Assembly (NCBI GenBank): GCA_963740355.1 | Contig: CAVUDW010000003.1 | Span: 1,664,001 to 1,728,000 of the forward strand | Direction: 5' to 3' | Length of the DNA: 64,000 nucleotides | DNA from: an uncultured Gemmatimonadaceae bacterium | Lineage (GTDB): Bacteria > Gemmatimonadota > Gemmatimonadetes > Gemmatimonadales > Gemmatimonadaceae | Position numbers and translations under genes: made by a program | Part shown: positions 28,533 through 38,678 of the stretch, piece after piece | Numbering within the stretch: position 1 is the stretch's first letter | Layout of the letters: each line of letters opens with the position of its first letter | Notes under the pieces: model-generated | Seen by the model: the letters and a program-made list of their open reading frames with translations, nothing else | Databases searched by the model: none | Told to the model about the DNA's origin: nothing

Positions 28533-30257
28533 CGTCACCGCCTGTGGAGTCGCGGGTGCGTATCCCGCTGTCACCCGCCGAACCCACTGCTGCGGCCACC
28601 GTCACGGCGGTCATCGAGGCGCTCTACGATTGTGCACGAGCCACCGTGCTCGAGCCCGACGCGCTCGCGCTGACCGGCGTGCTCTCGACCGCACTCGAGC
28701 GAACCTTCCGCGCCGATGACGTGATCGTGGCCGCGATCGTGGACAGCGAAATCACGGCCATGTCTCGCGTCAGGCGGCATCTGCTGGTGCCGTCGCCAGA
28801 GCTCACGCACAAGCGAACTCGCCTTCCTGCAGTGGATCATCCAGCAGCGGCAGCCATTCACCGGGCACCTCGATGGCGGTCGCATGTCGAGCGCGCCCGA
28901 TGTGCCGTGGGACAACGTGGTGACGGTGCCCGCGCTGCATCATCAGGGGCATCCGGTGGCGCTGTTGCTGGTCGCCAATCGCCGCACGCCGAGCCGCTTT
29001 GGCACACCCGACGTGCGCGTCCTCGAGACGATCGCACAGCACGCCGCGGTGGCCTTCGATCGTGCGCAACTCCTCGGGCAACTCGACAGCTGGGCACGCG
29101 GCCTGGAGGCACTGTTCAAGTTCAGTGCGGCAGTTGGCCACGAACGTGATCCAGTGATCCTGGTGCGCGACATGGCGGAACATGCCGCACGCCTGCTGAA
29201 GGCCGATGGCGGGCAAGGCGGACTCGCGGTGCTGGGTGATCGCGCGGGCGAGCTGGTGATGGAATCCAGCGCCTACTGGAGCGATGGCCAGTGGATCGAG
29301 CGCGCGCGCCGCTGGCCGAAGCACATCGGCATTCCTGGCGTCGTGCTCGAGACGGAATTCCCCTATCTCGCCGCCGACTATCCCAATGATCCGGCGCGGG
29401 AAGCGCCCGACGATGCGCCGGATATCGCGTACGCCATCGCCGTGCCCATCAAGAATGCGACCGATGACGTACTCGGCTTCTTCGAGCTGCACCGACGCGG
29501 GGCGAATGGTGCCTTCAGCTGGCAGGACGCCGCCTTTCTCGAGTCGGTGGCCAACATGACCGCGGTGGCGATCGAGAACGCCCGCCTCGGCGCCGCACTC
29601 GCCCTCAAGAACGATGAAGTCCGCGCCCTCTCCGCGCGGCATGTCACGCGGCTCGAGCAGGAGCGCCAGCACATCGCGCGCGAGCTCCACGACGAAGCCG
29701 GCCAGGCCCTGGTAGGGGTGAAGCTTTCGCTGCAGGCCATGGGCCGGCTGGTGCCGGGTGAGGTGCCCGCGCTGCGGGAACAGCTCACTCACCTGCGTAC
29801 GCAAGTGAACGACGCCGCCACACGCCTCAAGGTGCTCGCACGCCGCCTCCGTCCACCGACGCTCGACCGACTTGGCCTCGACATGGCGCTGCAGCAGCTC
29901 GCGCACGAGAGCAGCGAACACTTCGGGTTCGAGGTCCGCCTGCTCATGCACTGGCTGCAGGAACGGCTGCCAGCCGAGTTGGAGACGGCGCTCTTTCGCA
30001 TCACCCAGGAGGCGTTGACGAACGTGGCCGCGCATGCGGAGGCCGCCATCGTCGAAATCCACGTCGAAGTCCGGGACGGCGCGATCGTCACCCTGTGCAT
30101 CTCCGACGACGGGATCGGCTTTGACACCACCGAGCGCTCCACCGGCCTCGGGCTGCTCGGCATGCGTGAGCGCGTGAGCATGCTCGGCGGGGAGTTTTCG
30201 GTGCACTCGCGTCCCACAGAGGGCACCACCATTCGCGTGACGGTGCCAGTCACATGA
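28529..30257 (+). CDS. GAF-GAF sensor histidine kinase (HisKA_3 type), split by an apparent frameshift at ~28725-28815
   Basis: N-terminal part starts with a GTGA overlap on hypB. The second frame is open from 28725 and carries SELAFLQWIIQQRQPF, then ERQHIARELHDEAGQ, QEALTNV, DDGIGF, GLGLLGMRER. Confidence 0.8.
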
Positions 30258-30907
30258 TGCCGCGTCACACCGTGCTCGTGGTGGACGACCACGCGCTGGT
30301 CCGGCGTGGATTGATGTCGCTGCTGGCCAGTGACGGCCGCTACGCCGTCGTCGGCGAGGCCAGCAATGGCGAAGCGGCGCTCGAATTGATCGAACGGTTC
30401 AAGCCGACGCTGGTGCTGCTGGATCTTTCGATGCCCAAGCTGGACGGCCTCGGCACGTTGCGGCGCTTGCGAAAGGTGCCGAGACGTCCGCGGATCCTCG
30501 TCCTCTCGATGTACGACGATGACCAGTTCGTGGCGCAGGCGCTCAGCGATGGGGCTGATGGCTATCTGCTGAAGGACGCCATGGACGACGAGCTGTTCGA
30601 GGCCATGGACGCGGTCGTCGCCGGCCATCGGTACCTGGCGTCCGGCATCAATCAGGTTCGCCTCGGCAATGTCTCGATACAATCGAGCGACCTGACATCG
30701 CGGGAGCGCGAGATCCTGCAGCTCATCGCCGATGGCCAGACGACGTCGCAAGCCGCAGAGCAGCTCGCGATTTCGCCACACACCGCGACCCGTCATCGTG
30801 CCAACCTGATGCGCAAGCTGGGTGTGCACAATCAGGCAGAACTCGTGCGCACAGCCGTGCAACGCGGGCTGATCGTGCTGGGCCGCACCAGCAGCGATCG
30901 CACATAG
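30254..30907 (+). CDS. NarL/LuxR-family response regulator
   Basis: VVDDHALVR, LLDLSMP, YLLKD, LTSREREILQLIADG. Confidence 0.95.
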   Translation: MMPRHTVLVVDDHALVRRGLMSLLASDGRYAVVGEASNGEAALELIERFKPTLVLLDLSMPKLDGLGTLRRLRKVPRRPRILVLSMYDDDQFVAQALSDGADGYLLKDAMDDELFEAMDAVVAGHRYLASGINQVRLGNVSIQSSDLTSREREILQLIADGQTTSQAAEQLAISPHTATRHRANLMRKLGVHNQAELVRTAVQRGLIVLGRTSSDRT

Positions 30908-31033
30908 CCCGCGAGGAATCGCAGCGTCAGGCGTTCCTGTAGCCTGAACTTGCTATTGTCGGTCGCTGCGCATCAGTCGATTGTCCCCCCGCGAGTATCA
31001 GGTAGCTAACTCGAAGGTTCGGGAGAGGACGCA

Positions 31034-32005
31034 ATGGCGACCGTGCTGTGGTTGCAGGGCGGAGCGTGTTCCGGAAACACGATGTCGTTTCTGAATGCCG
31101 AGGAACCGACTGCGGTCGACCTCGTGACGGATTTCGGTGTGGACCTGCTGTGGCATCCCTCGATCGGGATGGAAATGGGCGAGAATGCACAGCGCCTGTT
31201 CCACGATCTGGCATCGGGGAAGAAGCAGCTCGACATCTTCGTGTTCGAAGGCACCGTGATCCTCGGCCCGAATGGCACGGGACGCTTCAACATGTTTGCC
31301 GATCGGCCGATGAAGGATTGGGTGGCCGAATTGGCCGCGCAGGCCGGTGCTGTGGTCGCCCTTGGCGACTGCGCCTGTTGGGGCGGCATCCCAGCCACCG
31401 AGCCGAACCCGGTGGACAACGTCGGCCTGCAGTACCTGAAGCGGAAGCAGGGCGGATTCCTCGGCGCCGGTTTCGTGTCGAAGTGGGGGCTGCCGGTGAT
31501 CAACATCCCGGGCTGCCCCGCACACCCGGACTGGATCACGCAGATCCTCGTCGCCATTGCGGCTGGTCGCGCTGGCGACATCGCGCTCGACGAATTGCAG
31601 CGCCCGCAGACGTTCTTCAAGACGTTCACGCAGACGGGCTGCACGCGCGTGCAGTATTTCGAATACAAGCAGAGCACCGTGGAGTTCGGCCAGGGCACAC
31701 GCCAGGGCTGCCTGTTCTACGAAATGGGGTGTCGCGGCCCAATGACGCGCTCACCCTGCAATCGCATCCTCTGGAATCGCCAGTCCTCGAAGACTCGGGC
31801 CGGCATGCCGTGCACCGGGTGCACCGAGCCGGAGTTCCCGTTCCACGAGCTCAAGCCCGGCACCGTGTTCAAGACACAGAAGATCAGCGGCACCATCCCG
31901 AAGGAAGTGCCGACCGGGTCCGATCACGTGTCGTACATGGCGCATGCCGCGGCCGCACGTGTGGCAGCACCGAAGTGGTCCAAAGAAGACATGTTCGTCG
32001 TCTGA
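31034..32005 (+). CDS. hucS: Group 2a [NiFe]-hydrogenase small subunit
   Basis: WLQGGACSGNTMSFLNAEEP; GDCACWGG; PGCPAHP; QTGCTR; GCRGP; PCTGCTEP; no Tat leader. Confidence 0.93.
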   Translation: MATVLWLQGGACSGNTMSFLNAEEPTAVDLVTDFGVDLLWHPSIGMEMGENAQRLFHDLASGKKQLDIFVFEGTVILGPNGTGRFNMFADRPMKDWVAELAAQAGAVVALGDCACWGGIPATEPNPVDNVGLQYLKRKQGGFLGAGFVSKWGLPVINIPGCPAHPDWITQILVAIAAGRAGDIALDELQRPQTFFKTFTQTGCTRVQYFEYKQSTVEFGQGTRQGCLFYEMGCRGPMTRSPCNRILWNRQSSKTRAGMPCTGCTEPEFPFHELKPGTVFKTQKISGTIPKEVPTGSDHVSYMAHAAAARVAAPKWSKEDMFVV

Positions 32006-32035
32006 ACCAATCAATTCCACGGGAGCATAGTCACA

Positions 32036-33661
32036 GTGGCCACGTCAACACTGCCCATGCCGGACAAGCTGCGCATCAGTCCACTCGGACGCGTCGAGGG
32101 TGATCTCGACCTCCGCGTGACACTGCGCGACGGTGTCGTCACGGATGCCTGGACAGAAGCGTCGATGTTTCGCGGGTTCGAGATCATCTTGCGCGGCAAG
32201 GATCCGCAGGCTGGTCTGATCGTCACGCCGCGTATCTGCGGCATCTGCGGCGGTTCGCATCTCTACAAGGCCTGTTACGCGCTCGACACCGCCTGGCGCA
32301 CGCATGTCCCGCGCAACGCGACGTTGATCCGCAACATCGCACAGGCCTGCGAAACGTTGTTGTCGATTCCGCGCTGGTTCTACGCGCTGTTCGCCATCGA
32401 CCTCACCAACAAGAACTACGCCCACCTGCCCGAGTACGACGAGGTAGTTCGCCGTTTCGCGCCGTTCGTGGGCACCAGCTACGAGCCCGGCGTCACGCTC
32501 TCGGGCAAGCCGGTCGAGATCTACGCCCTGTTCGGCGGCCAGTGGCCACACTCGAGCTTCATGATCCCGGGTGGTGTGATGTGCGCCCCGACGCTGTCGG
32601 ATGTCACCCGCGCGATCGCGATCCTCGATCACTGGAAGCGCGAGTGGCTCGAGAAGCAGTGGCTCGGGTGCTCCGTGGAGCGCTGGATGCAGATCAAGAG
32701 CTGGAACGACATGCTGGTGTGGGCCGATGAAAACGACAGCCAGCGCAACTCCGACTGCGGCCTCTTCATCCGGTTCGCTCTCCGCGCAGGCCTCGACAAG
32801 TTCGGCCAGGGGTGCGGCTCCTACATCGCCACCGGCACGTACTTCAAGCCGGAACTATATGAGAACCCGACGGTGGACGGTCGCAACGCGGCACTCGTCA
32901 GCCGCGCAGGCATCTACGACGGCAAGGGCTTCCACGACTTCGACCACCTGAATGTCCGCGAAGACATCACGAATTCGTTCTACCGTGGCCAGAGCCTGTT
33001 ACATCCATGGCAGGGCGAGACGGACCCGATCGATCCACTCGATGGCCACAAGCAGGGCAAGTATTCTTGGGCCAAGTCGCCGCGGTACAACGTGCCGAAC
33101 ATGGGCACGATGCCGCTGGAGGCCGGACCACTGGCGCGCCAGGTCGTCGCAGGCCGCCCCAGCGACGCAGCGCATCAGGACTACGACCCGTTCATCTACG
33201 ATGCCATCACCACCGTCGGCCCGAGTGTATTGGTCCGCGTGATGGCGCGCATGCACGAAGCCCCGAAGTACGCGGTCTGGGTGCGCCAGTGGCTCGACCA
33301 GCTCGACTTGCACGACAAGTTCTACACCAAGCCCACTGAACACGCCGAGGGTCGCGGCTTTGGCTCCACCGAAGCAGCACGTGGCTCACTCTCCGACTGG
33401 ATCGTGATCAGCAACGGCCGCATCGAGAACTATCAGGTGGTGACGCCGACCGCGTGGAACATCGGCCCACGCGATGGCAACGGGATGCATGGCCCGATGG
33501 AGACCGCCTTCATCGGCGCCGAGATCAAGGACCCTACCGACCCAGTGGAGATGGGCATGGTTGCCCGCTCCTTCGATTCCTGCCTGGTGTGCACGGTGCA
33601 TGCCTACGACGAGAAGAGCGGCAAGGAGTTGTCGAGCTTCCGAATCGGCGAGATGGGATGA
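32036..33661 (+). CDS. hucL: Group 2a [NiFe]-hydrogenase large subunit
   Basis: GRVEGDLD; L1 motif TPRICGICGGSH; L2 motif SFDSCLVCTVH followed by a cleavable C-terminal tail. Confidence 0.95.
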   Translation: MATSTLPMPDKLRISPLGRVEGDLDLRVTLRDGVVTDAWTEASMFRGFEIILRGKDPQAGLIVTPRICGICGGSHLYKACYALDTAWRTHVPRNATLIRNIAQACETLLSIPRWFYALFAIDLTNKNYAHLPEYDEVVRRFAPFVGTSYEPGVTLSGKPVEIYALFGGQWPHSSFMIPGGVMCAPTLSDVTRAIAILDHWKREWLEKQWLGCSVERWMQIKSWNDMLVWADENDSQRNSDCGLFIRFALRAGLDKFGQGCGSYIATGTYFKPELYENPTVDGRNAALVSRAGIYDGKGFHDFDHLNVREDITNSFYRGQSLLHPWQGETDPIDPLDGHKQGKYSWAKSPRYNVPNMGTMPLEAGPLARQVVAGRPSDAAHQDYDPFIYDAITTVGPSVLVRVMARMHEAPKYAVWVRQWLDQLDLHDKFYTKPTEHAEGRGFGSTEAARGSLSDWIVISNGRIENYQVVTPTAWNIGPRDGNGMHGPMETAFIGAEIKDPTDPVEMGMVARSFDSCLVCTVHAYDEKSGKELSSFRIGEMG

Positions 33662-34239
33662 CGACAGAGGTGCGTGAGCCTGCAGCGCCCGCTGCGAATC
33701 ACGAGCGAACGGGTCCGGTGAATTATGCCGGACCCGTTCGCACCCTCATCATCGGCTGCGGCAACTTGCTCCGCGGCGATGATGCGGTGGGACCGATCTT
33801 CGTTCGCCACCTCTGGGCGCGTGGCTTGCCCGAAGGGGTGCGGTGCGCCGACGGTGGCACGGGCGGCATGGACGTCGCCTTCCAGATGAAGGGCGTGCCG
33901 CACGTCATTCTCGTCGATGCCTGCCGCAGTGGTTCTGAACCAGGCGCGTTGTTCAAGCTTCCGGGAAGCGAAGTGGAGCACCTCCCGCCACTCGCCGGCA
34001 TCAACCTGCATGCATTTCGCTGGGACCACGCACTGGCCTTCGCCCGCTGGCTTCTGAAGGACCGGTATCCCGAAAAGATCACGGTCTACCTCATCGAAGG
34101 GGAGTCGTTCACGATCGGCGAAGTGCTGTCGCCGGCCGTGGAAGCGGCGATGCATCAGCTGGGCGACCTGCTCCTGAACGAGTTGATCGCCGAGACGAAC
34201 GCCACCGTACAAGTCGAGTCATCCGTCGATGTTGCGTGA
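33658..34239 (+). CDS. Hydrogenase maturation endopeptidase
   Basis: IIGCGNLLRGDDAVG, DGGTGG, VILVDA; ATGA overlap with hucL. Confidence 0.93.
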   Translation: MTTEVREPAAPAANHERTGPVNYAGPVRTLIIGCGNLLRGDDAVGPIFVRHLWARGLPEGVRCADGGTGGMDVAFQMKGVPHVILVDACRSGSEPGALFKLPGSEVEHLPPLAGINLHAFRWDHALAFARWLLKDRYPEKITVYLIEGESFTIGEVLSPAVEAAMHQLGDLLLNELIAETNATVQVESSVDVA

Positions 34240-34528
34240 GGTCGAGTTCACCGACCGAGGCTACCTCGTGCTCCGCGCCGAGGTGGCGCAGGAGTTCTTT
34301 CCATTCGACGTCCTGGTCGCGCTGCGACGCGGGCCGGAACTCTGGCTCCTCCCGACGCGTGGCGCGGCAGCGGGCGGGCTGATCCTGAAGCAGCGCAACC
34401 TGCGTGGTGATCGCAGCGTGCTGGTACGCGAGACACTCGAAGACAACGTCCCTCTCGGTGTGCGCTCCGCCTTCTGGGACGATGGGAACGGCGCCTTGCG
34501 CATCGCACTGGTTTCCGCCGGTGCCTGA
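34229..34528 (+). CDS. Small hydrogenase-cluster hypothetical protein
   Basis: In-operon ORF overlapping the protease; GGLILKQRNLRGDRSV. Confidence 0.7.
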   Translation: MLREVEFTDRGYLVLRAEVAQEFFPFDVLVALRRGPELWLLPTRGAAAGGLILKQRNLRGDRSVLVRETLEDNVPLGVRSAFWDDGNGALRIALVSAGA

Positions 34529-34751
34529 GCGTCTCTTTCCCGGTGACGCGCTGTCGGTTCGTGCCATCATCGAACTGGAACGGGGTCGCTGGGTGCTGAC
34601 GCTCGAAGTGTTGATGGTGCCTGACCGGCCGGACTATATCGTCCGCCACCGGATTGCCGACTACCCGACGCGTGAGCGCGCCGAAGTCGCTGCGAAGTGG
34701 ATGGTGAGTGCCGCCGACCGCAACATTCCGCATCCTCCCCTGGGATTCTGA
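34521..34751 (+). CDS. Small hydrogenase-cluster hypothetical protein
   Basis: GTG start overlapping the previous stop; 76 aa; fills the operon gap. Confidence 0.6.
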   Translation: MPERLFPGDALSVRAIIELERGRWVLTLEVLMVPDRPDYIVRHRIADYPTRERAEVAAKWMVSAADRNIPHPPLGF

Positions 34752-34758
34752 GATTCTG

Positions 34759-36018
34759 ATGCCGCAACCGATCGATCATCCGCAACCACTCGGCATCTTC
34801 CCCTTTCCCGCGGGACTGTTGCTGCTGCCCGCCAGCGACGATCCGACGGCCGCCGACGTACGTGCGGCGTTGATGCGCGGTGAAATGCCTGAGGAAGTGC
34901 CAGGCGAATGGGCGTTCTTTCGCGCCGCAATTCACGAGGGGACTGAGGAGGCGATCGAACTGCTCCGGCACGACCCCTCACCGATTGCCGGCTACAATCG
35001 CTTTGTCCTCGATGGCGATCAGGTCGGCCGCGAGACCGCCCTCCGAGATGGGAGCGATGTGCTGCAGCGGCTCACAGCGCTAGTGGAATTCGTTCAGGGG
35101 GTGAGTGATTCGCTACCAAGCGACGATGGCCTGAGCGGCGAGTTCCGCGCCAACATCCTGCTCGCCAAGGCCGCGGCAGAGTTGTCCGCGGAGCGCTTCA
35201 ATGAGGCCGCCGCGTTGCTCACGGAGGGCATTGGCGAGGCGAGTGCCCTGTCGCCGGTACTCGGCGCACAGCTGATGGCACAGCTGGCGCAGATTCAGTC
35301 ATCGCTGCCAAACGCCACCGTCCAGAACACGCTCAACCTCTGGAAGAGCGCCATCGCGCTGGCAGCCGACACGCCGCTGCCCCACCTGCGCGGCGACCTG
35401 CGCGTGGGACTCGCGATTGCCCTCCACGAAGCCGCCGGTGAACGTCGCGAGTTGCTGGTCGAAGCGGTGAAGATGTACCAGGCCGCCCTGCACGCCGGCA
35501 TCACGATCGAGGAGACGCCCGAGACCTATGCGTTGGCCCAGAACAACATTGGCCTCGCTTATCTCACCATGCCGATGACCGACGCTGGCGACAAGCTGCG
35601 TCACGCGGTCGCGGTGCAGTCATTCCGCGAGGCGCTCAAGGTCTACACCCCCGAGACACACCTCGAGGCGTGGACCAGCACGATGCTCAACATGGCCAAC
35701 GCCCTCCAGTACCTGCCGTCGGCACGACCGGAAGAACACCTCATCCAGGCCGTCGAGACCTACGAGCAGTTGCTCGAAGTGCGCAACAAGGCCTTCGACC
35801 CGCTGGGCTACGCGCGGCTGCTCGCCAATCAGGCGAATGCACTCGCGCATCTTGGCATGTTCCAGCCCGCAACGGAAAAGTTCACGGAAGCGCACAAGCT
35901 GCTGCACTGGCACGGTGAAGCCGAGATGGCGGCGTCGATCCTCGAGCAGCTGGAGCGGATCAATGCGCAACTCGTGCCGGCATCGCCGGATGACGATGCG
36001 ACGGGAGGCACCGCCTGA
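34759..36018 (+). CDS. TPR-repeat protein of the hydrogenase cluster
   Basis: PQPLGIFPFPAG; TPR-like YALAQNNIGLAY, TMLNMANALQY, LANQANALAHLG. Confidence 0.85.
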   Translation: MPQPIDHPQPLGIFPFPAGLLLLPASDDPTAADVRAALMRGEMPEEVPGEWAFFRAAIHEGTEEAIELLRHDPSPIAGYNRFVLDGDQVGRETALRDGSDVLQRLTALVEFVQGVSDSLPSDDGLSGEFRANILLAKAAAELSAERFNEAAALLTEGIGEASALSPVLGAQLMAQLAQIQSSLPNATVQNTLNLWKSAIALAADTPLPHLRGDLRVGLAIALHEAAGERRELLVEAVKMYQAALHAGITIEETPETYALAQNNIGLAYLTMPMTDAGDKLRHAVAVQSFREALKVYTPETHLEAWTSTMLNMANALQYLPSARPEEHLIQAVETYEQLLEVRNKAFDPLGYARLLANQANALAHLGMFQPATEKFTEAHKLLHWHGEAEMAASILEQLERINAQLVPASPDDDATGGTA

Positions 36019-36395
36019 TGGACATCCATGCCCGGCAGCAGTTCGACTTCTTCTTCAACGCGGCGATCGAGCGCTTCGTCGATCGCATCGAACAGCGCTG
36101 CGGTGGTCCGGTGCCAGCGCTGGAAAAACTGCGCACCGATCCGAACGGCGAAGGGGTCTGGCTGGATGAGTTCACGGCAGCACTCTTCCGCGATTTCCTG
36201 CTCGACAACGCCGCCGGCTCGGCCTTCATCCTGCAGGCCCTGGCGCGGCGGCCGGCGCTGGCGACCACCGGTGAAGGCCTGACCGTGGAACAGGCGATGA
36301 GTGCGATGGCCCGCAGCGCATTCGCCTCGGTCCTCCGCATCAAGACCGACGAACAGCTCGAGCAGCGCCTCGCCTTCCAGGTGGTGGACGAATGA
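36018..36395 (+). CDS. Hydrogenase-cluster hypothetical protein
   Basis: TGATG coupling with the TPR gene; RBS ggagg. Confidence 0.75.
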   Translation: MDIHARQQFDFFFNAAIERFVDRIEQRCGGPVPALEKLRTDPNGEGVWLDEFTAALFRDFLLDNAAGSAFILQALARRPALATTGEGLTVEQAMSAMARSAFASVLRIKTDEQLEQRLAFQVVDE

Positions 36396-37261
36396 GCACC
36401 GGCGTTGCACCAGCGGTCGCACCGAACGACCTCGCATCGCTGGCGAAGGCTGTCGAGTCAGCGATGCTGGAAGTGAAAGGCATGCCAATCGACCATCGGA
36501 CGCGTGCGATCGCGCTAAAGGAGTCAGTCGAGGCCTTTCACAAGGCGGGACTGACCACGATCGTGAAGACGCTCAAGACCGATCCTCGGGGCATGGAACT
36601 GTTGCTCGAGCTGGCCGACGATCCATCCGTGTACGCGCTGTTCGCCATGCACGGAATCGTGAAGGCGGATCTGCGCACGCGTGTTGCCAGCGTGGTGGAA
36701 ACCGTGCGACCGTACACCCAGTCGCATGGCGGAGACGTCGAGCTGGTCGATGTGCGCGATGGCACCGTGTACGTGAAGATGGCGGGCGCCTGCAATGGAT
36801 GCAGTATGTCTGCCGTCACGCTGCGCAATGGTGTGGAAGAAGCGCTGCGCGAGCAGTGTCCGGAGATTACCGCGATCGAAGTGGTGCCGAACGAGCCGAC
36901 ACCGGCGGTGATTCCGCTGGTGTCGATCCAGCGCGGGGGAGCGAATGCAGGCTGGCTGGAAGGCCCGCCCCTCGACGACCTGCGTGACGGCAAGCCATTC
37001 CGGATGGAGATGAAGGATGGCAAGAGCCTCGTCCTGCTGCGTTTCGGCGAGAGCATCTCTGCCTTCCACAACGAGTGCGCGCATCAAGGACTGCCGATCG
37101 ATGGAGGTATGGTGGACATCGAATCGCGCACGATCACCTGCCCATGGCATGGCTTCCGCTTCGATTGTGCGACGGGCGAGTGTCTCACCGCGCCGCAGGC
37201 CCAGCTGGAACAGGTGCCTCTGCGCATCGATGCGGGACGCATCATGGTGCGGCCCACGTGA
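36392..37261 (+). CDS. NifU-like plus Rieske [2Fe-2S] fusion protein
   Basis: VRPYTQSHGGDVELV..GACNGC (NifU); CAHQG..CPWHG (Rieske). Confidence 0.92.
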   Translation: MSTGVAPAVAPNDLASLAKAVESAMLEVKGMPIDHRTRAIALKESVEAFHKAGLTTIVKTLKTDPRGMELLLELADDPSVYALFAMHGIVKADLRTRVASVVETVRPYTQSHGGDVELVDVRDGTVYVKMAGACNGCSMSAVTLRNGVEEALREQCPEITAIEVVPNEPTPAVIPLVSIQRGGANAGWLEGPPLDDLRDGKPFRMEMKDGKSLVLLRFGESISAFHNECAHQGLPIDGGMVDIESRTITCPWHGFRFDCATGECLTAPQAQLEQVPLRIDAGRIMVRPT

Positions 37262-38373
37262 AACCGCTGGTCCGACTCGGTGCGGCATCGCCGTTCGGAC
37301 TTGCCTTGCCGTCGGCACAACCGACGGCGTCGCAGATGTATGGGCCACGTGGCGTCTGGTTCAATGATGACCTCCTGATCGTGGCCGATTCCGGCAATCA
37401 CCGCATCCTGATCTGGCGCGGTATCCCCGATCGCGATGGCGCGGATGCTGATGTCGTGCTGGGTCAACCGGACTTCACCTCGGAAGGGCCACGTGACGCG
37501 GCGCTCGGTGTGCACCTGCCGACGGGCGTGCTGGTGGTGGACGGCAATCTCTGCGTCGCCGATGCCTGGCATCATCGTGTGCTGGTATGGGATGGTGTCC
37601 CCGTCGCGTCAGGGACGCCGCCCGCCTACGCGATCGGTCAGGCAACTCTCAATGATGCGCTACCCAATCGCGGCGGCGACGTTGCTGCTACGACGCTCTA
37701 CTGGCCGTACGGCATCGGCTGGCACGCTGGCACCTTCTGGATCGCTGACACGGGAAACCGCCGTGTGCTGGGTTGGCATGGTCTGCCCCGCGCCGACCAG
37801 CCGGCAGACATCGTGCTTGGCCAACCCGACTTCTTCACCAACGATGAAAATCGCGGCGCGGACGTTACCGCCTCGTCGTTCCGCTGGCCACACGCCATCA
37901 CGGGTGTCGGTGACACGCTCTACGTTGCCGACGCGGGCAACCACCGAGTCCTGGGATGGTCACCGCTGCCGCAAGCGGATGTGCCGGCCACGCTCGTGAT
38001 CGGCCAGCCGGACTTCACATCGAATGCCGAGTTGCCGCACCGCAAGCAAGGCGCACACCGCATGCGCTTCCCGTACGGCATCGCGAGCGACGGTGAGGTG
38101 CTTGCCGTTGGTGATACGGCGAACAATCGCGTGCTTTTCTGGCCGGAGCCGCCATCACATGGCGCCGGGTCGAGCGCTGCCGCCGTGATTGGCCAGGAAA
38201 ACTTCGATGCCGCGGGCGAGAATCGCTGGAAGGCCGTTGGTGACGACACACTCTGCTGGCCGTACGGCCTCTGGATGCACGGTGGCCGCATGGCCGTCGC
38301 CGACTCCGGCAACAATCGTGTGATGATCTGGGAAACCGCTGACGTCACCGCTGACATCCTTACTCCGAGCTGA
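37258..38373 (+). CDS. NHL-repeat beta-propeller protein
   Basis: Repeated P.G....ADSGNHRILIW / ADTGNRRVLGW / VLGQPDF; GTGA overlap. Confidence 0.9.
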   Translation: MKPLVRLGAASPFGLALPSAQPTASQMYGPRGVWFNDDLLIVADSGNHRILIWRGIPDRDGADADVVLGQPDFTSEGPRDAALGVHLPTGVLVVDGNLCVADAWHHRVLVWDGVPVASGTPPAYAIGQATLNDALPNRGGDVAATTLYWPYGIGWHAGTFWIADTGNRRVLGWHGLPRADQPADIVLGQPDFFTNDENRGADVTASSFRWPHAITGVGDTLYVADAGNHRVLGWSPLPQADVPATLVIGQPDFTSNAELPHRKQGAHRMRFPYGIASDGEVLAVGDTANNRVLFWPEPPSHGAGSSAAAVIGQENFDAAGENRWKAVGDDTLCWPYGLWMHGGRMAVADSGNNRVMIWETADVTADILTPS

Positions 38374-38375
38374 CC

Positions 38376-38678
38376 ATGTGCCTCGCCGTTCCCGGACAGA
38401 TCGTCGAAATCTTCGCTGCACAGGGTACACGCATGGCGAAGCTCGATTTCGGTGGCATCCAGAAGCAGGTCTGCCTTGCGTACCTGCCTGATGCCGTCGT
38501 TGGCGACTACGCCATCGTGCACGTCGGCTTTGCGATCAGCCGCATCGACGAGGCGTCAGCGCAGGAAACGCTACGACACTTCCGCGAGCTTGGTATTCTC
38601 GAGGAGGAGCTGGGCGAGGCGACACCGGAGCAGTACGCCGCGCCGCACGGCGAGGTGTGCGACGTGGTGACGCCATGA
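38376..38678 (+). CDS. hypC: Hydrogenase chaperone HypC
   Basis: [20 protein letters not shown]. Confidence 0.97.
   Translation: MCLAVPGQIVEIFAAQGTRMAKLDFGGIQKQVCLAYLPDAVVGDYAIVHVGFAISRIDEASAQETLRHFRELGILEEELGEATPEQYAAPHGEVCDVVTP

Noticed and set aside
28529..29149. Separate 206-aa gene upstream of the kinase
   Set aside because: Its C-terminal half is out-of-frame read-through; better explained as the frameshifted kinase N-terminus.
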